From Felis catus (lineage: Eukaryota), in assembly GCF_018350175.1 (NCBI RefSeq), contig NC_058368.1:744001-808000 (forward strand): DNA of 64,000 bases, written 5' to 3'. The notes below the pieces were generated by a model, which worked only from the letters and a program-made list of their open reading frames with translations, made no database searches and was not told where the DNA came from. Shown in pieces: positions 1 to 13,671 of this stretch. Numbering within the stretch: the first letter of the stretch is position 1; the number at the start of each line of letters is the position of its first letter. A program made the translations under genes and the position numbers.

Positions 1-180
1 GGGGTATTGTGGGGAGATGGACAAAATGGGAGGTGAGCATTAAGGAGGGCACTGGGTGTTATATGTAAGTGATGAATCATTAAATTCTATCCCTGAAATC
101 ATTATTACACTATGTGTTAACTAAAACGTGGATCTAAATAAAAATAAAAATAAATTAAATAAATAAATAGATAAATAAAA
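1..180 (+). mobile_element. 3' end of a carnivore L1 with A-rich tail
   Basis: Similar to the L1 3' ends at about 10100 and 55600 (gatgaatca...ctgaaatcattattacactatgtg), followed by an (aaat)n tail. Confidence 0.8.
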
Positions 181-3100
181 TCTCAGTAAACAATGAATAG
201 AGGAGAACCTCTTCAACTAAAGACTATCTATAAAAAACTTACAGCTAATATTATGCAAAATGGTGAGAATATAGAAGCTTTTCCATCAAGATCAGGTACA
301 AGACAAAGATTTCCCCTCTCTCCACTCCTTTTTAATATTGTACTAGAAGTCCTTGCTAATGCAATAAGGCAAGAACAGAAAGTAAAAGATCTACAGATCA
401 GGAAGGAAGAAATTAAAATTTTCTTTGTTTACAGATGATATGATTGTTGACGATTCAAAATAATCAACAAAAAACTCTTGGAACTTAACTGGAATTAAAA
501 TTAAAACTTAAAAAAAAGAAGCCTTAATCAGATTTGCAGCATGACCCTGATACCAAAACCAGACAAGGACACTACAAGAAAAGAAAATTACAGGCCAATA
601 TTCCTGATGATTACAGATGCAAAAATGCTCAACAAAATATTAGAAACTCAAGTTCAACAATTCGCTAAAAGTATCATGATCAAGTGGGATTTGTTCCAGG
701 GATGCAAGGATGATTCAACATCTGCAAATTAATCAACATTATATACCACATTAACAAAATGAAGGATAAGAAAAATCATATGATCGTCTCAGTGGATACA
801 AAAAAAGCATTTGACAAGTCTTTTTTATCACTTATGTTAAAAAGTATTCTCAACAAAGTGCGTATAGAGGGAATGTTTCTCAGCCTAATAAAAGCCATGG
901 TTGACAGGCCCAGAGCTAACATAATATTCAGTAGTGAAAAGCAGAAAGCTTTTCCTCTAAGATCAGGAGCCCAATGATCTTAGGCAAGGATGTCCACTAT
1001 CCTCATTTTTATTCAACATAGTATTGGAGGTCCTAGTCAGAAAGAGGTCCAATGCAAGAAAGAGAAATAAAAGGCATCAAATCAGAAAGGAAGAAGTACA
1101 ACTATCACTATTTGCAAACTGACATGATAGTATATATAGAAAACCCTAAAGACTCCACCACAGAACTATTAGAACTAATACACAAATTAAGGAAAATTGC
1201 AGGATACAAAATCAATACACAAAATCAGTTGTGTTTCTATGCGGTAATAATGAACTATCAGAAAAAGAAATTAAGAAAATAATCCGATTTACACGTTTCA
1301 AAAAGAATAAAATACCTACGAATAAATTTAACCAAGGAGGTGAAAGACATACATAAAAAGTATAAGATACTGATGAAAGAAATTAAAGTAGACACAAATA
1401 AATAGAAAGCTATTCCATGCTCATGGATTGGAATATTGCTTAAATGTTCATACTACCCAAAGCAATCTACAGACTCAATGCAATCCTTATCAAAACTCCA
1501 ATGGCATTCTTCACAGAAATAAACAATCCTAAAATTTGTACAAAACCACACATACCCTCTCTCTCTCTCAAAAGAAACCAAAAAAAATCCCAAAAGAAGT
1601 CAAGTTTTTGAAAAGATTGATAATAATCACAAAGTTCTTGCATGAGTGAACAAAAAGAGAAAGAAGGCATTATAAAGAATATTAAGAATAAAAGAGGGTA
1701 GTTAATGAAAAGTGGTAGAGAGATTTAAAGAATAATAAGATCTTATGAACAGCCTTATGCCAATAAAGCTTAAAACTTAGGTGAATTTTCAGAAAATATT
1801 AAATTTACCACACCCAACTGAAGACAAAATAGAAAGCTTGAATAATTCTGTAGTGATTAAAGAAATTAGTTTAAAACCTTCTCACAAAGAAAACAACACT
1901 AGGTTGAGATTATTTTACCCCATTCTTCTACCAAATATTCAAAGAACAGATAATTCCAACCTAGGAAAAATATGAGAATACTTTTCAGCTTATTTTACTA
2001 AGATAACACTTCTCAATTTCAAAATTTAAGGAAAAACTGCATTAATCAAGACAATGTGGTAATGGCATAAAGGTGGATGGAATGGAATCAATGGAATAGA
2101 ATTGACAGCCCAGAAATAAGCTTCTTCATTATGGTCAGTTGTTGTGTGACAAGGATGTCAAGACAATCCAACGGGGAAAGAACAGCCTTTTCCACAAACA
2201 CCTGGCACTGGAACAACTGGATATCTAAGAGGCAAAAGTGTGAAATTGGATCTCTTTCTTCCAAATATAAGTTAAAACTATTCATCTCCTAGAAGAAAAC
2301 AGAAGTAAATCTTCATGACCTTTGATTAGGCAATGGTCTCTTGACACTGAAAGCACAAAAGAAAAATAGACAAACCAAACTTGATCAAATTTAAAATTGT
2401 ATATGTAAGGTATGCCTCAATTAAAATTTTTTGAAATTTTGTGTGCAACTGAAAAATTAAAAGACAACACAAAGAATGGGAGAAAATGTTTGCGAATCAT
2501 GTATCTGATAAGGGACTGGTATCCAGAATATATGAAGAACACTTATAATTCAGTAATAAAAAGCTAAATGGTACAATTAAAAAGTAGGCAAAGGATTTGA
2601 ATAGATATTTCTCCAAAGAAGACATACAAATGGCTAATACAGACCTGAAAAGATGCTCAACCTCATTAGTCATCAGGGAAATGGAAATAAAAACTATAGT
2701 GATGTACTACTTCATACCCACTAGGGTGACTATAATTAAAAAAAAAAAAAAAGAACACCCATCAAGGGTGAAAAGATGGACTTTTCAATTGATGGTGATG
2801 GGACAACCAAACAATAAGAAAAAAGTACAGTTTGGCCCTTTACCTCATACCATACTCAAAAATTCCAAATAGATTGAAAACCTAAGTATTAAAAAACAAA
2901 CAATAAAAATTTTGGAAGAAAATACTGGAAAGAATCTTTTTGATTTTAGGACAGGTAAAATTTTTTTTTAACTTTTTATTTTTAAGTGATTTTAGCCTTG
3001 CAGAAAAGTTGCAAATATAGTACAAAGAATTCTCATATACCCTTCACCTAAATTCTCCAGATGTTAACATTTGGAAGTATTTAATTTATCATTCAGAGAG

Positions 3101-4340
3101 GAATTTTCAATGCAAAGAAAGGCACAAGCCATAAAGGAAAAGATTAATAAAGTAGACTACATACATCAGCCATGCCTTTTCACCAAAAATAAATAAAATT
3201 TAAACTGTGAGAAAGGCATACTACAAACTAGCCTAAAGACACATATAAACAGCATATAAACAAGGTACAAACCTTGTGATAGAACTGAGTGATAAACACA
3301 AACATTAGCATAGTGGTAGTTTCTAAGAGGGAGAACAAGAGAATATGATTGGGACATAACTCACAGACACTTTCAAGGTAATGATTATATTCTGTTTCTT
3401 AAAATGGGTAGTTGGGTGACTACTATAAAAAGCAAACAGGGGCGCCTGGGTGGCGCAGTCGGTTAAGCGTCCGACTTCAGCCAGGTCACGATCTCGCGGT
3501 CCGTGGGTTCGAGCCCCGCGTGAGGCTCTGGGCTGATGGCTCAGAGCCTGGAGCCTGTTTCCGATCCTGTGTCTCCCTCTCTCTCTGCCCCTCCCCCGTT
3601 CATGCTCTGTCTCTCTCTGTCCCAAAAATAAATAAACATTGAAAAAAAAAATTAAAAAAAAAAAAAAGCAAACAAACAGAAAATAACAAGTATTGACAAG
3701 GATGTAGAGAAATTGGAACCCTGTGCACTGTTGGTGGCAATGTAAAATGGTACAGCTGCTATGGGAAAACAATAGAGTGGTTCTTCAAAAAATTAAAAAT
3801 AGAATTACCATATGACTCAGCAAATTCCATTTCTGGGTATATAACCAAAAGAGTTGAAAGAAGGGACTCAGAAATATTTGTACACACATATTCATAACAG
3901 GATTATTTGCAATGGCCAAAAAGTGGAAGCAATCCAAATGTTCATTAATGGGTGAATGAATAAAGAAAATGTGATATATACATACAATGGAATATCATTC
4001 AGCCTTAAAAAGGAAGGAATTATAATCCATGCCATAACATGGATGAGCCTCAAAAACATGATGCTAAGTGAAACAAGCCAGTCACAAAAGGACAAATACT
4101 GTGTGATTCCACTTGATTCCATATGATTCCATATGAGATACCAAGAATAGTCAATTTCACAGAAACAGAAAGTAGAATGGTCGTTACTAGGGGCTGAGAG
4201 GAATAGGGGATAGGGGAGTTAGGGTTCCTGAGATAGGTGGTGGTGACCGTAACACAACAATGTGAATGTAGTTAGTAACACTGAACTATATACTTTAAAA
4301 TGGTTAAGATGGTAAGTTTTATGTTATGTATATTTTACTA
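181..4340 (+). mobile_element. Mosaic of decayed L1 ORF2 and 3' fragments (several elements)
   Basis: Peptides such as [53 protein letters not shown] and [13 protein letters not shown] are L1 ORF2 motifs. Many stops and frameshifts. Confidence 0.88.
3439..3667 (+). mobile_element. Young felid Can-SINE (SINEC_Fc-like)
   Basis: Head ggggcgcctgggtggcgcagtcggttaagcg, CpGs retained, (CT)n and A tail, TSD aaaaagcaaaca. Confidence 0.92.
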
Positions 4341-4486
4341 GTCTTTTAAAACAAAAATAATACATAAATGGGCAATTCATACTTGAGTGTTTGTTATTTA
4401 TACCCTATAAATACATTTAATTTTTTAAAAATTTAAGTGTATACTTGAGAAGATTTGAAATTCATTCTCAAGAAACATCAGGCTTA

Positions 4487-4705
4487 AGGCTCCTGGGTGG
4501 CTCAGTTGGTTAAGCATCCAGCTTTGGCTCAGGTCATGATCTCATGGTTCTTGAGTTCAAGCCCTGCATTGGGCTCTGTGCTGACAGTGCAGAGCCTGCT
4601 TGAGATTCTGTCTCTCTCTCTCTCTCTCTCTCTGCCTTTCCCCCGCTTGCTCTCTCTCTCTCTCTCAAAAGTAAATAATAAACAAAAAGAAAAATTAAAA
4701 AGAAA
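4487..4705 (+). mobile_element. Can-SINE
   Basis: tRNA-like head, (CT)n, A tail, TSD aagaaacatcaggctt. Confidence 0.9.
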
Positions 4706-4719
4706 AAGAAACATCAGGC

Positions 4720-5170
4720 TTTGGTGATGAATTAGATGTGGACAGGTGAAAGAGAGTTTTCAGGCATGAGCATGGGAAGGGAAAACAACTGTAGATTGAG
4801 CCTACAAACACACTAATAGAGTTATGTTTTGGACATTTAAAATTTGAGATTCCTAGCAGACATTAGAAAGAAATACCTAGTTGGTTCTATGAGGCTAGAG
4901 CTCAGAAAGAGGTAAGAATTGAAAAAGACTTTGGGAGAACCATCAGTACTTAAAGCTATGGACCATGGGCATGTATGACATCACCTAAAGAAAGAGGGTT
5001 GCTAGAACAGAGAAAAGGGCTTAAGGCTGTCCTTGGGCATGCCAATAGTTAGTAGTCAGACAGAATAGGAACCAGCAAAGACATTGAGCAGAAATGGAGA
5101 CACTGAGAAGAAATGGCCAAGAAATAAGAAGAAAGCTAGGGCATCTGGCATCACAGATGGCAGTGGGTAA
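4720..5170 (-). mobile_element. Probable L2 fragment
   Basis: Purine-rich degenerate sequence (gttttggacatttaaaatttgagattcc) resembling antisense L2. Recognised by eye. Confidence 0.45.
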
Positions 5171-7120
5171 GCTTTCTTTATGGATATACCTTTCCTATGG
5201 GTTTTCTCTATACTAATTTTTATATCTCCATATTACTCATGTTATTTTTCTGTATGTGTGTTTTTCAGCCTTTTTTCCTCTGGTATAGTTGCGAGATGTT
5301 TGATTTTTTCTCTGATTTGGCTTTATATCTCTCTACCAAACTTTCCCTTTTATCCTCTTCTTTGTTTCTCTTTTATCTTTCCTTCCCCCTCTTAATTTAT
5401 TTTCTAAGTGATTCTGATAATACTATTTAGGCATTTTATAACTTTATTATTTATGTTTTTAATAGAGATACATGTTGCTTGTTATTAATGTCATTTAAAA
5501 ATTAGTCTATTTTTATATGTAATGCTTAAGATTTTATATGTAATGCTTAAAAAAAAGAACACACTAAATTAAACAGTCCCCATATTTTCTTTTGTCTCTG
5601 CTGATTTTCTTTGTGAGATAATGGATTGGTTTTGTTGTTTTATTTTAAAATTTTATTTAATTCTTTTTCCCTGTATTAAGAAAATGAGGTCTGGCAAAAT
5701 CAACAGCAGAGTGCACACAACAAACACTTACCTACTGAAGTGCCAGGCCTTGGGCAGTGTATGACCCGTTTTAGTATAGTAGTACTCTCAGCTGCAAGAC
5801 ATGCTTTTCAAACACGCAAAAGACAGAAGCTTAGCCAACATGACAAGATGGAACAATTCTCCCCAAAAGAAGAGTCAAGAAGAAATCACAGCCAAAGACT
5901 TGCTCAGAACAGATATAAACAATATATCTGAACAAGAATTTAAAACAACAGTCATAAGACTAATACCTGGACTTGAAAAAAACATAAAGCATAGAAGATA
6001 CCAGAGAAAGCCTTGCTGCAGAGATCAAAGACCTAAGAACTAGTCAGGATGAATTTAAAAACGCTATAGCTGAGATGCAAAATAAACTAGATACAGTGAC
6101 AGCAAGGATTGAAGAAGCAGAGGAGAGAATAGGTGAAATAGAAGATAAATTTCTGGAAAATAATGAAGCTGGAAAAAAAGGGAAAGGAAATTGCTAGATC
6201 ACAAGGGGAGAATTAGAGAACTGAGTCCATGAAATGAAACAATATCCATATCATAGGAGTTCAAGAAGAAGGAGAGAGAAAAGGGGGAACAAGGTTTATT
6301 TGAACAAATTACAGCTGAGAACTGCCCTAATCTGGGGAAGGAAACAGGCATCTAAGTCCAACAGGCACAGAGAACTCCCTATAAAATCAACAGTAACAGG
6401 TCAACACCATGACATATCATAGTGAAACTTGCAAAATACAAAGATAAAGAGAAAATTCTGAAAGCAGCTAGAGATACAAGGTCCTTAACCTACAAGAGTA
6501 TACATATAAGGTTAGTAGCAGACCTGTCTACTGAACCTTGGCAGGCCAGAAGGGAGTGGCAGGAAATATTCAATATGCTGAATAGGAAAAATATGCAGCC
6601 AAGAAGCCTTTATCCAGCAAGCCTGTCATTCAGAATAGAAGGAGAGATAAAGACTTTCCCAGACAAACAAAAACTGAAGGATTTCATGACCACTAAACCA
6701 GCCCTGCAAGAAATTCTAAGGGAGACTGTCAGAGTGGAAAGCAGCAACGACTATAAAGGACCAGAAAACATCACCAGAAACACGCAATCTACAGATAACG
6801 CAATGGCACTAAATTCATATCTTTCAGTAATCACTCTGAATGTAAATGGACTAAATGCCACAAACAAAAGACAAAGGAGTCAGAATGGATAAAAAACAAG
6901 ATACATCTATATGCTGCCTACAAGAGACTCATTTTAGACCTGAGAACACCTACAGATTGAAAATGAGGGGATGGAGAATCATCTATCATGCTTCTGGACG
7001 GCAAAAGAAAGCTAGAGTGGCCATGCTTATATCAGACAAACTAGATTTGAAAACAGAGATGAAGAAGAGCATTATATTATAATTAAGGGCTCTATCCATC
7101 AAGAAGAGCTAACAATTGTA

Positions 7121-7288
7121 GGGACACCTGGGTGGCTCAGTCGGTTAAGCATCCAACTTCATTTGGCTCAGGTCATGATCTCACGGCTCGTGGTTTCGAG
7201 CCCCACGTTGGGTTCTGTGCTGACAGCTCAGAGCCTGGAGCCTGCTTCGGATTCTGTGTCCCCCCTCTCTGCCCCTGTCCCACTCATG

Positions 7289-7330
<42 letters not shown>

Positions 7331-7361
7331 AACAAATAAACATCAAAAAAAATTTTTTTTA
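7121..7361 (+). mobile_element. Can-SINE inserted in L1 ORF2
   Basis: 20-bp TSD aagaagagctaacaattgta at 7101-7120 and 7362-7381. Confidence 0.93.
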
Positions 7362-8744
7362 AAGAAGAGCTAACAATTGTAAATATTTATGCCCCTGACT
7401 TGGAATAACCCAGATATATAAATCAATTAATCACAAACATAAACCCATTGATAATAATACCATTATTGTAGGAGACTTTAATATTCCACTTACAACAATG
7501 GACAGATCATCTAGACAGAAAATCAACATGGTAACAAAGCCTCTGAATGACATACTGGACCAGATGGACATAACAGATATATTCAGAACATTTCCTCCTA
7601 AAGCAACAGAATACATATTCTTCTAAAGTGCACATGGAACATTCTCCAGAATAGATCACGGTCTGTGAGTTCAAGCCCCGTATTGGGCTCTCTGCTGATA
7701 ACTCAGAGCCTGGAGCCTGCTTCAGATTCTGTGTCTTCCTCTCTCTCTGCCCCTCCCCAACTTGTGCTCTGTCTCTCTCTCAAAAATAAACATTAAAAAA
7801 ATTGTCCTGGGCCAGATGGCTTCCCAGGGGATATCTACCAGACATTTAAAGAAGAGTTAATACCTGTTCTCCTCAAACTGTTCCAAAAAATAGAAATGGA
7901 AGGGAAGCTTCCAAACTCATTCTATGAAGTCAGCATTACCTTGATTCCAAAGCAGATGAAGACCCAACAAAAAAGGAGAACTACAGGCCAATATCCCTGT
8001 TAAACCTGGATGCAAAAATTGTCAACAAGATACTAGCAAATTGAATCCAACAGTATATCAAAAGAACCTTCCACCATGATCTAGTGGAATTTATTCCTGG
8101 GCTGTAGGGCTGGTCCAATATTTGCAAATCAATCAATGTGATACACCACATTAATAAAAGAAAGGATAAGAAACACATAATCCTTTCAATAGTTGCAGAA
8201 AAAGCATTTGACAAAATACACCATCCTTTATTAATAAAAACCCTCAAGAAAGTAGGGACAGAAGGAACATGCCTTTACATCATAAAAGGCACATATGAAT
8301 GGCCCATAGCTAATATCATCCTTAGTGGGGAAAACCTGAGGACTTTCCCCCTAGGGTCAGGAAAATGAAGCAATGTCCACTCTCATGCCTGTTGTTCAAT
8401 ATAGTGTTGGAAGTCCTAGCCTCAGCAATCAGTCAACAAAAAGAAATAAAAGGCATACAAATTGGCAGACGACATGATACTACATGGAAAACCCTAAAGA
8501 CTCCACTAAAAAACTGCTAGAGCTGATACATGAATTCAGCAACATCGTAGGATATAAAATCAATGTACAGAAATAGGTTGCATTTCTATACATCAATAAT
8601 GAGGCAGCATAAAAAGATATCAAGGAATCAATCCCATTTACAATTGTACCAAAAAACCATAAGATACCTAGAAATAAACCTAATCAAAGAGGTAAATGAT
8701 CTGTATGCTGAAAACTATAGAAAGCTTATGAAAAAAATCGAAGA

Positions 8745-10173
8745 ATATTGCACTTCAAGCTGCATTACAAAGCTGTAATCATCAAGACATTATGGTACTG
8801 GCATAAAACAGACACTCAGATCAGTGGAACAGAATAGAAAACCCAGAAATGGGCCCACAAACATAGAGCCAACTAATCTTTGATAAAGCAGGAAAAAATA
8901 TCCAATGGAATAAAGACAGTCTCTTCAGCAAGTGATGCTGGGAAAACTGAACAGCGACATGCAGAAGAATGAAACTGGAACATTTTCTTACACCATACAC
9001 AAAAATAAACTCAAAATGGATGAAAGACCTAAGTGTAAGCCATCAAAATCCTTGAGGAGAAAGCAGGTAAAAACCTCTTTGGCCTGGGCTGCAGCAACTT
9101 CTTACTCAACACGTCTCCAGAGGCAAGGGAAACAAAAGCAAAAACGAGCTATTGGGACCTCATTAAAATAAAAAGCTTCTGCACAGCGAAGGAAACAATC
9201 AGCAAAACTATAAGGCAACTGGCGGAATGGGAGAAGATATTTGCAATCGACATATCAGATAAAGGGTTAGTATCCAAAATCTATAAAGAACCTATCAAAC
9301 TCAAAACACCCCCAAAACAAATAATCCAGTGAAGAAATGGGCAAAAGAGGTGAATAGACACTTCTCCAAAGAAGACATCCAGATGGCAAACCAACACATG
9401 AAAAAATGCTCAACATCACTCATCATCAGGGAAATACAAATCGAAACCACAATGAGATATCACCTCACCCCTCTCAGAATGGCTAACATTAACAACTCTG
9501 GCAACAACAGATGTTGGCGAGGATGCGGAGAAAGAGGATCTCTTTTGCACTGCTGGTGGGAATGCAAACTGGTGCAGCCACTCTGGAAAACAGGATGGAG
9601 GTTCCTCAAAAAATTAAAAATAGAACTACCCTATGACCCAGCATTTGCACTACTAGGTATTTATACAAGGGATACAGGTATGCTGTTTAGAAGGAACACA
9701 TGCACCCCAGTGTTTATAGCAGCACTATCAGCAATAGCCAAAGTATGAAAAGAACCCAAATGTCCATTGGTGGATGAATGGATAAAGAAGATGTGGTATA
9801 TATACAATGGAGTATTACTTGGGAATCAAAAAGAATGAAATCTTGCCATTTGCAACTAGGTGGATGGAACTAGAGGGCATTATGCTAAGCGAAATTAGTC
9901 AGTCAGAGAAAGACAAATATCATATGACTTCACTCATATGAGGACTTTAAGAGACAAAACAGATGAACATAAGGAAAGGGAAGCAAAACTAATATAAAAA
10001 CAACGAGGGAGACAAAACATAAGAGACTCAAGTATAGAGAACAGAGGGTTACTGGAAAGATTGTAGGAGTGGGGATGAGCTAAATGGGCAAGGGGCATTA
10101 AGGAATCTACTTCTGAAATCATTGTTGCACTATATGATAACTAACTTGAATGTAAATCAAAAAAATAAATTAA
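8745..10173 (+). mobile_element. 5'-truncated L1 nested in the same orientation within the outer L1
   Basis: ORF2 C-terminus, 3'UTR and A tail, flanked by TSD gaaaaaaatcgaaga / gaaaaaattgaaga. Confidence 0.85.
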
Positions 10174-11314
10174 GAAAAAATTGAAGACAAAAAGAAATGG
10201 AAAAGCATTCCATTCTCATGGATTGGAAGAACAAATATTGTTAAAATGTCAATACTACCCAAAGCAATCTACACATTCAGTGCAATCCCAATCAAAATTG
10301 CACAGGCATTCTCCTCAAAGCTAGAACAAACAATCCTAAAATTTTTATGGAACCACAAAAGACCCTGAATAGCCAAAGTTATGTTGAAAAAAAAAATCAA
10401 AGTGGGAAGCATAACAATTCTGGGCTTTAAGCTGTATTATAAAGCTGTAATTATCAAGATAGTATTGTACTGGCACAAAAACAGATACATAGAATACTGG
10501 AATAGAATAGAGAACCCAGAAATGGACCAACAAATATATGGCCAACTAATCTTTGACAAAGCAGGAAAGAGTACCCAATGGAAAAGAGACAGTCTCTCCA
10601 GCAAATGGTGCTGGGAAAATGGGACAGTGACATGTAGAGGAATGAAACTGGAACGCTTTCTTACACCATACACCGATATAAACTCAAAATGGATGAAAGA
10701 CTTAAGTGTGAGACAGGAAACCATCAAAATCATACAGGAGAAAACAGGCAGCACATCTTTGACCTTGGGTACAGCAATTTCCTACTTGATATGTCTCTGG
10801 AAGCAAGGGAAATAAAAGCAAAGATGAACTATTGGGACCTCATCAAAATAAAAACCTAATGCACAGCGAAGGAAACAATCAACAAAACTAACAACAGAAC
10901 GGGAGAAGGCAACCAACAGAACGGGAGAAGATATTTGCAAATAACATATTGGATAAAGGGTTAGTGTCCAAAATTACAAAGAACTTACCAAACTCGGCAC
11001 CCAGAAAACAAATAATCCAGTGAAGAAATGGGCAGAAGACATGAAGAGACACTTTTTCAAAGAAGACATCCAGATGGCTAACAGACACATGAAAAGATGT
11101 TCAACATCACTCATCATGGGGGAAATACAAATCAAAACCACAATGAGATACCACCTCACACCTGTCAGAATGCCTAAAATTTAACAACCCAAGAAACAAT
11201 AGATGTTGGTAAGGATGCAGAGAAAGGGGAACCCTTTTGCACTGTTGTTGGGAATGCAAACTGGTGCAGCCCCTCTGGAAAACAGTATGGAGGTTCCTCT
11301 AAAAATTCAAAATA

Positions 11315-11720
11315 GGGGAGCCTGAGTGGCTCAGTCAGTTAAACGTCTGACTTCAGCTCAGGTCACGATCTCAGGGTTCGATCCCCACGTCTGGCTCTGT
11401 GCTGACAGCTCAGAGCCTGGAGCCTGCTTTGGATTCTGTGTCTCCCTCTCTCTGCCCCTCCCCTGCTCACTCTTCTTCTCTCTCAAAAATAAACAGGGAC
11501 TGGGTGGCTCAGTTGGTTAAGCAGCTGACTTTGGCTCAGGTCATGATCTCATGGTTCATGAGTTTGAGCCCCGCATCGGGCTTTGTGCTGACAGCTCAGA
11601 ACCTGGAGCCTGCTTCGGATTCTGTGTCTCCCTCTCTCTCTCTGCCCCTCCCCCACTCACACTCACTCCGTGTCTCAAAACTGAATAAACATTTAAAAAA
11701 TTCAAAAATAAACATTAAAA
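11315..11720 (+). mobile_element. Two tandem Can-SINEs
   Basis: Two SINE heads, at about 11315 and 11496, each followed by a body and (CT)n. Confidence 0.88.
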
Positions 11721-11783
11721 TTTTTTGTAAATTTGTAGACAGAAGAAAAGACAACATATGCATAGGTAAGGTATATACAAAGT

Positions 11784-11830
<47 letters not shown>

Positions 11831-12330
11831 TATATACATACACACAACATATGCATATGTAAGGTATATACAAAAGAAGAAAAGTGCATTTAATTGATTA
11901 AGCAAGGACTTGGAAGGAAGAACACATGATATGTAGAAACCAACTTTGCAAAACAACCACCACAACCAAAGGAGCGTACATCATGAGAATGTAAATGGAA
12001 AGATCCAAATAGTGTTTACGTCTGAAAATCTGGGGAGCTGAGGAACAGGGAGTTGGAGGACATATATAAGATGGCTTCAATTTTATAATATGTTATTTCT
12101 TCTAAAGAAAAGAGAGGAATTTGAAGCAGATGTGGGAAAATGATAAAAGTTGACAAGCTACACAGTTCTCTTTTCTGTATGCTTAAAAGATTTCATAATA
12201 AAAAAACATTAAGTGGCTATGTTGTAGTGATGCTAACAGGGCTACATATCAAAATCTAAGATGGAAATACAGATAATTTACCTGGGAAACTCGCACACAC
12301 CTCACTGTGAACTCTAATGATGATGAAGAT

Positions 12331-12796
12331 TGCAGGGGAGGAAAATAACTCTCCTTACCCCCTTCTAGGTTCTTGGCTGAGACACCCTATGATAAAAAAT
12401 TAACAAGAGAAAAACCAACCATTTTAATTATGTACACACACATATATACCTGTACAAAAGGGAGTCCCACAAAGATGGGAGACTCACAGGCAGCCAGGCA
12501 CTGAGCTAAGGAAATGGAGAGGGGTCTGGGCAAGTGGGGGAGGGGCAGGGATGATTCACAGGAAGGTGCTTGATAAACAAATGTTGACTTACCATGTAGG
12601 TTAGTCTCTTATGTGAAAAATTAGTCTCTGGTAATAACTCTCTTCCTGATATAAGCCTCCTTTCTAATTTCTTTAGGCCGTTAGGTGGGAGGTAAAAAGC
12701 TTTTTGTGAGTTTGCTGGATCTTGATTGCCTTCCGCTCAAGATTATCCACATCCAAAAGTAGCATGTTCTGGGGTGGCTTGTTCTGAACCCACTCA
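12331..12796 (-). mobile_element. Solo ERV1-type LTR (MER34/MER39-like)
   Basis: TG...CA termini with 4-bp TSD agat (12327-12330 and 12797-12800). The reverse complement begins tgagtgggttcagaacaagccacccc, like MER34-group LTRs. Family name is tentative. Confidence 0.75.
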
Positions 12797-12821
12797 AGAT
12801 AGATGTTAAAAGTTTAGTTTC

Positions 12822-13065
12822 GGGGCACCCGGGTGGCTCAGTCAGTTGAGCATCCGACTTCGGCTCAGGTCATGATCTCAATTTGTGAGTTCAAGCCCCG
12901 CATCAGACTCTCACAGTCCATGAGTTCAAGCCCCACGTCAGGCTCTGTGCTGACAGCTCAGAGCCTGGAGCCTGCTTCGGATTCTGTGTCTCCCTCTCTC
13001 TCTGCCCCTCCCCCACTCATGCTCTGTCTCTCTCTGTGTCAAAAATAAATAAAGATTAAAAAAAA
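12822..13065 (+). mobile_element. Can-SINE with a short internal duplication
   Basis: TSD aaaagtttagtttc. The segment gagttcaagcccc occurs twice. Confidence 0.88.
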
Positions 13066-13266
13066 AAGTTTAGTTTCATGAAATGTGAGATTGAAAAAAT
13101 AACAATACTTGAAGTCTAATTTTTGTATCAAGTGATTTCAAATACATGATTTGCATTTAGAAAATTAAAATGGGTTCTTATTTTCTGGCTCACTATAGAA
13201 AAACATTCATTTTCAATTGTATTTTATAGTAAAATTTCTTGGTTTGGGTAAATAACACTCGCTACC

Positions 13267-13671
13267 TGTAGTAGTGTTAAAATAATCAGAATAATTTGGA
13301 TGATCTAAAAAATATTTATTTTACATTTCCTGAAGCTGGTACTCTCTACCCTCAAGAGTCCAGAGAACTACAAAGTAAGGGGACTGGGCTGCAAGCTTTT
13401 ATAGAAAGAGGCAAGTGGGAAGAAGGAAGGAAGAAGTACTCGGCTTATATTGATTGACTAGGGTTGCCTTTCTGGCCTTATTCAGAAACGTCAAGGAACA
13501 GGGTAGTGAGTATCGCATCCAGGTTGGCTTGGTGTTGGGGGATTGGCTGACTGGATATACCTTTTTTGTTTCTGATCAAGGCGAGTTTTTACAGGGACAC
13601 AAAAGCTTTGGTTCACTGTCATGACACCCTGGGCAGTAGTGGCTCCATCTTAGGCCTAGAAATCTATTTCA
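13267..13671 (-). mobile_element. Probable solo LTR
   Basis: Ends ggctccatcttaggcctagaaatctatttca, resembling an antisense ERV1 LTR 5' end. Antisense TATA (ttttata) and poly(A) (tttatt) signals. No TSD found. Confidence 0.45.

Larger units (their letters stand above)
5590..11314 (+). mobile_element. Decayed near-full-length carnivore L1 (ORF1 from about 5840, ORF2 from about 6802), interrupted by SINEs and a second L1
   Basis: ORF1-like MTRWNNSPQKK...KEKILKAAR...LSFRIEGEIKTFPDKQKL. ORF2 endonuclease ITLNVNGLN and ICCLQETH, RT motifs, C-terminal region at 10180-11314. The 5' boundary is uncertain (T-rich UTR may start near 5190). Confidence 0.92.

Noticed and set aside
3439..3520. tRNA-like A/B-box sequences, and recurring ORFs such as MAQSVKHPTSAQVMIS
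   Set aside because: These are Can-SINE heads and their incidental translations, not tRNA genes or a peptide family.
5840..11314. L1 ORF1/ORF2 as an active retrotransposon or host gene
   Set aside because: Multiple stops, frameshifts, insertions and a deletion. The same applies to the L1 at 32333-40255.
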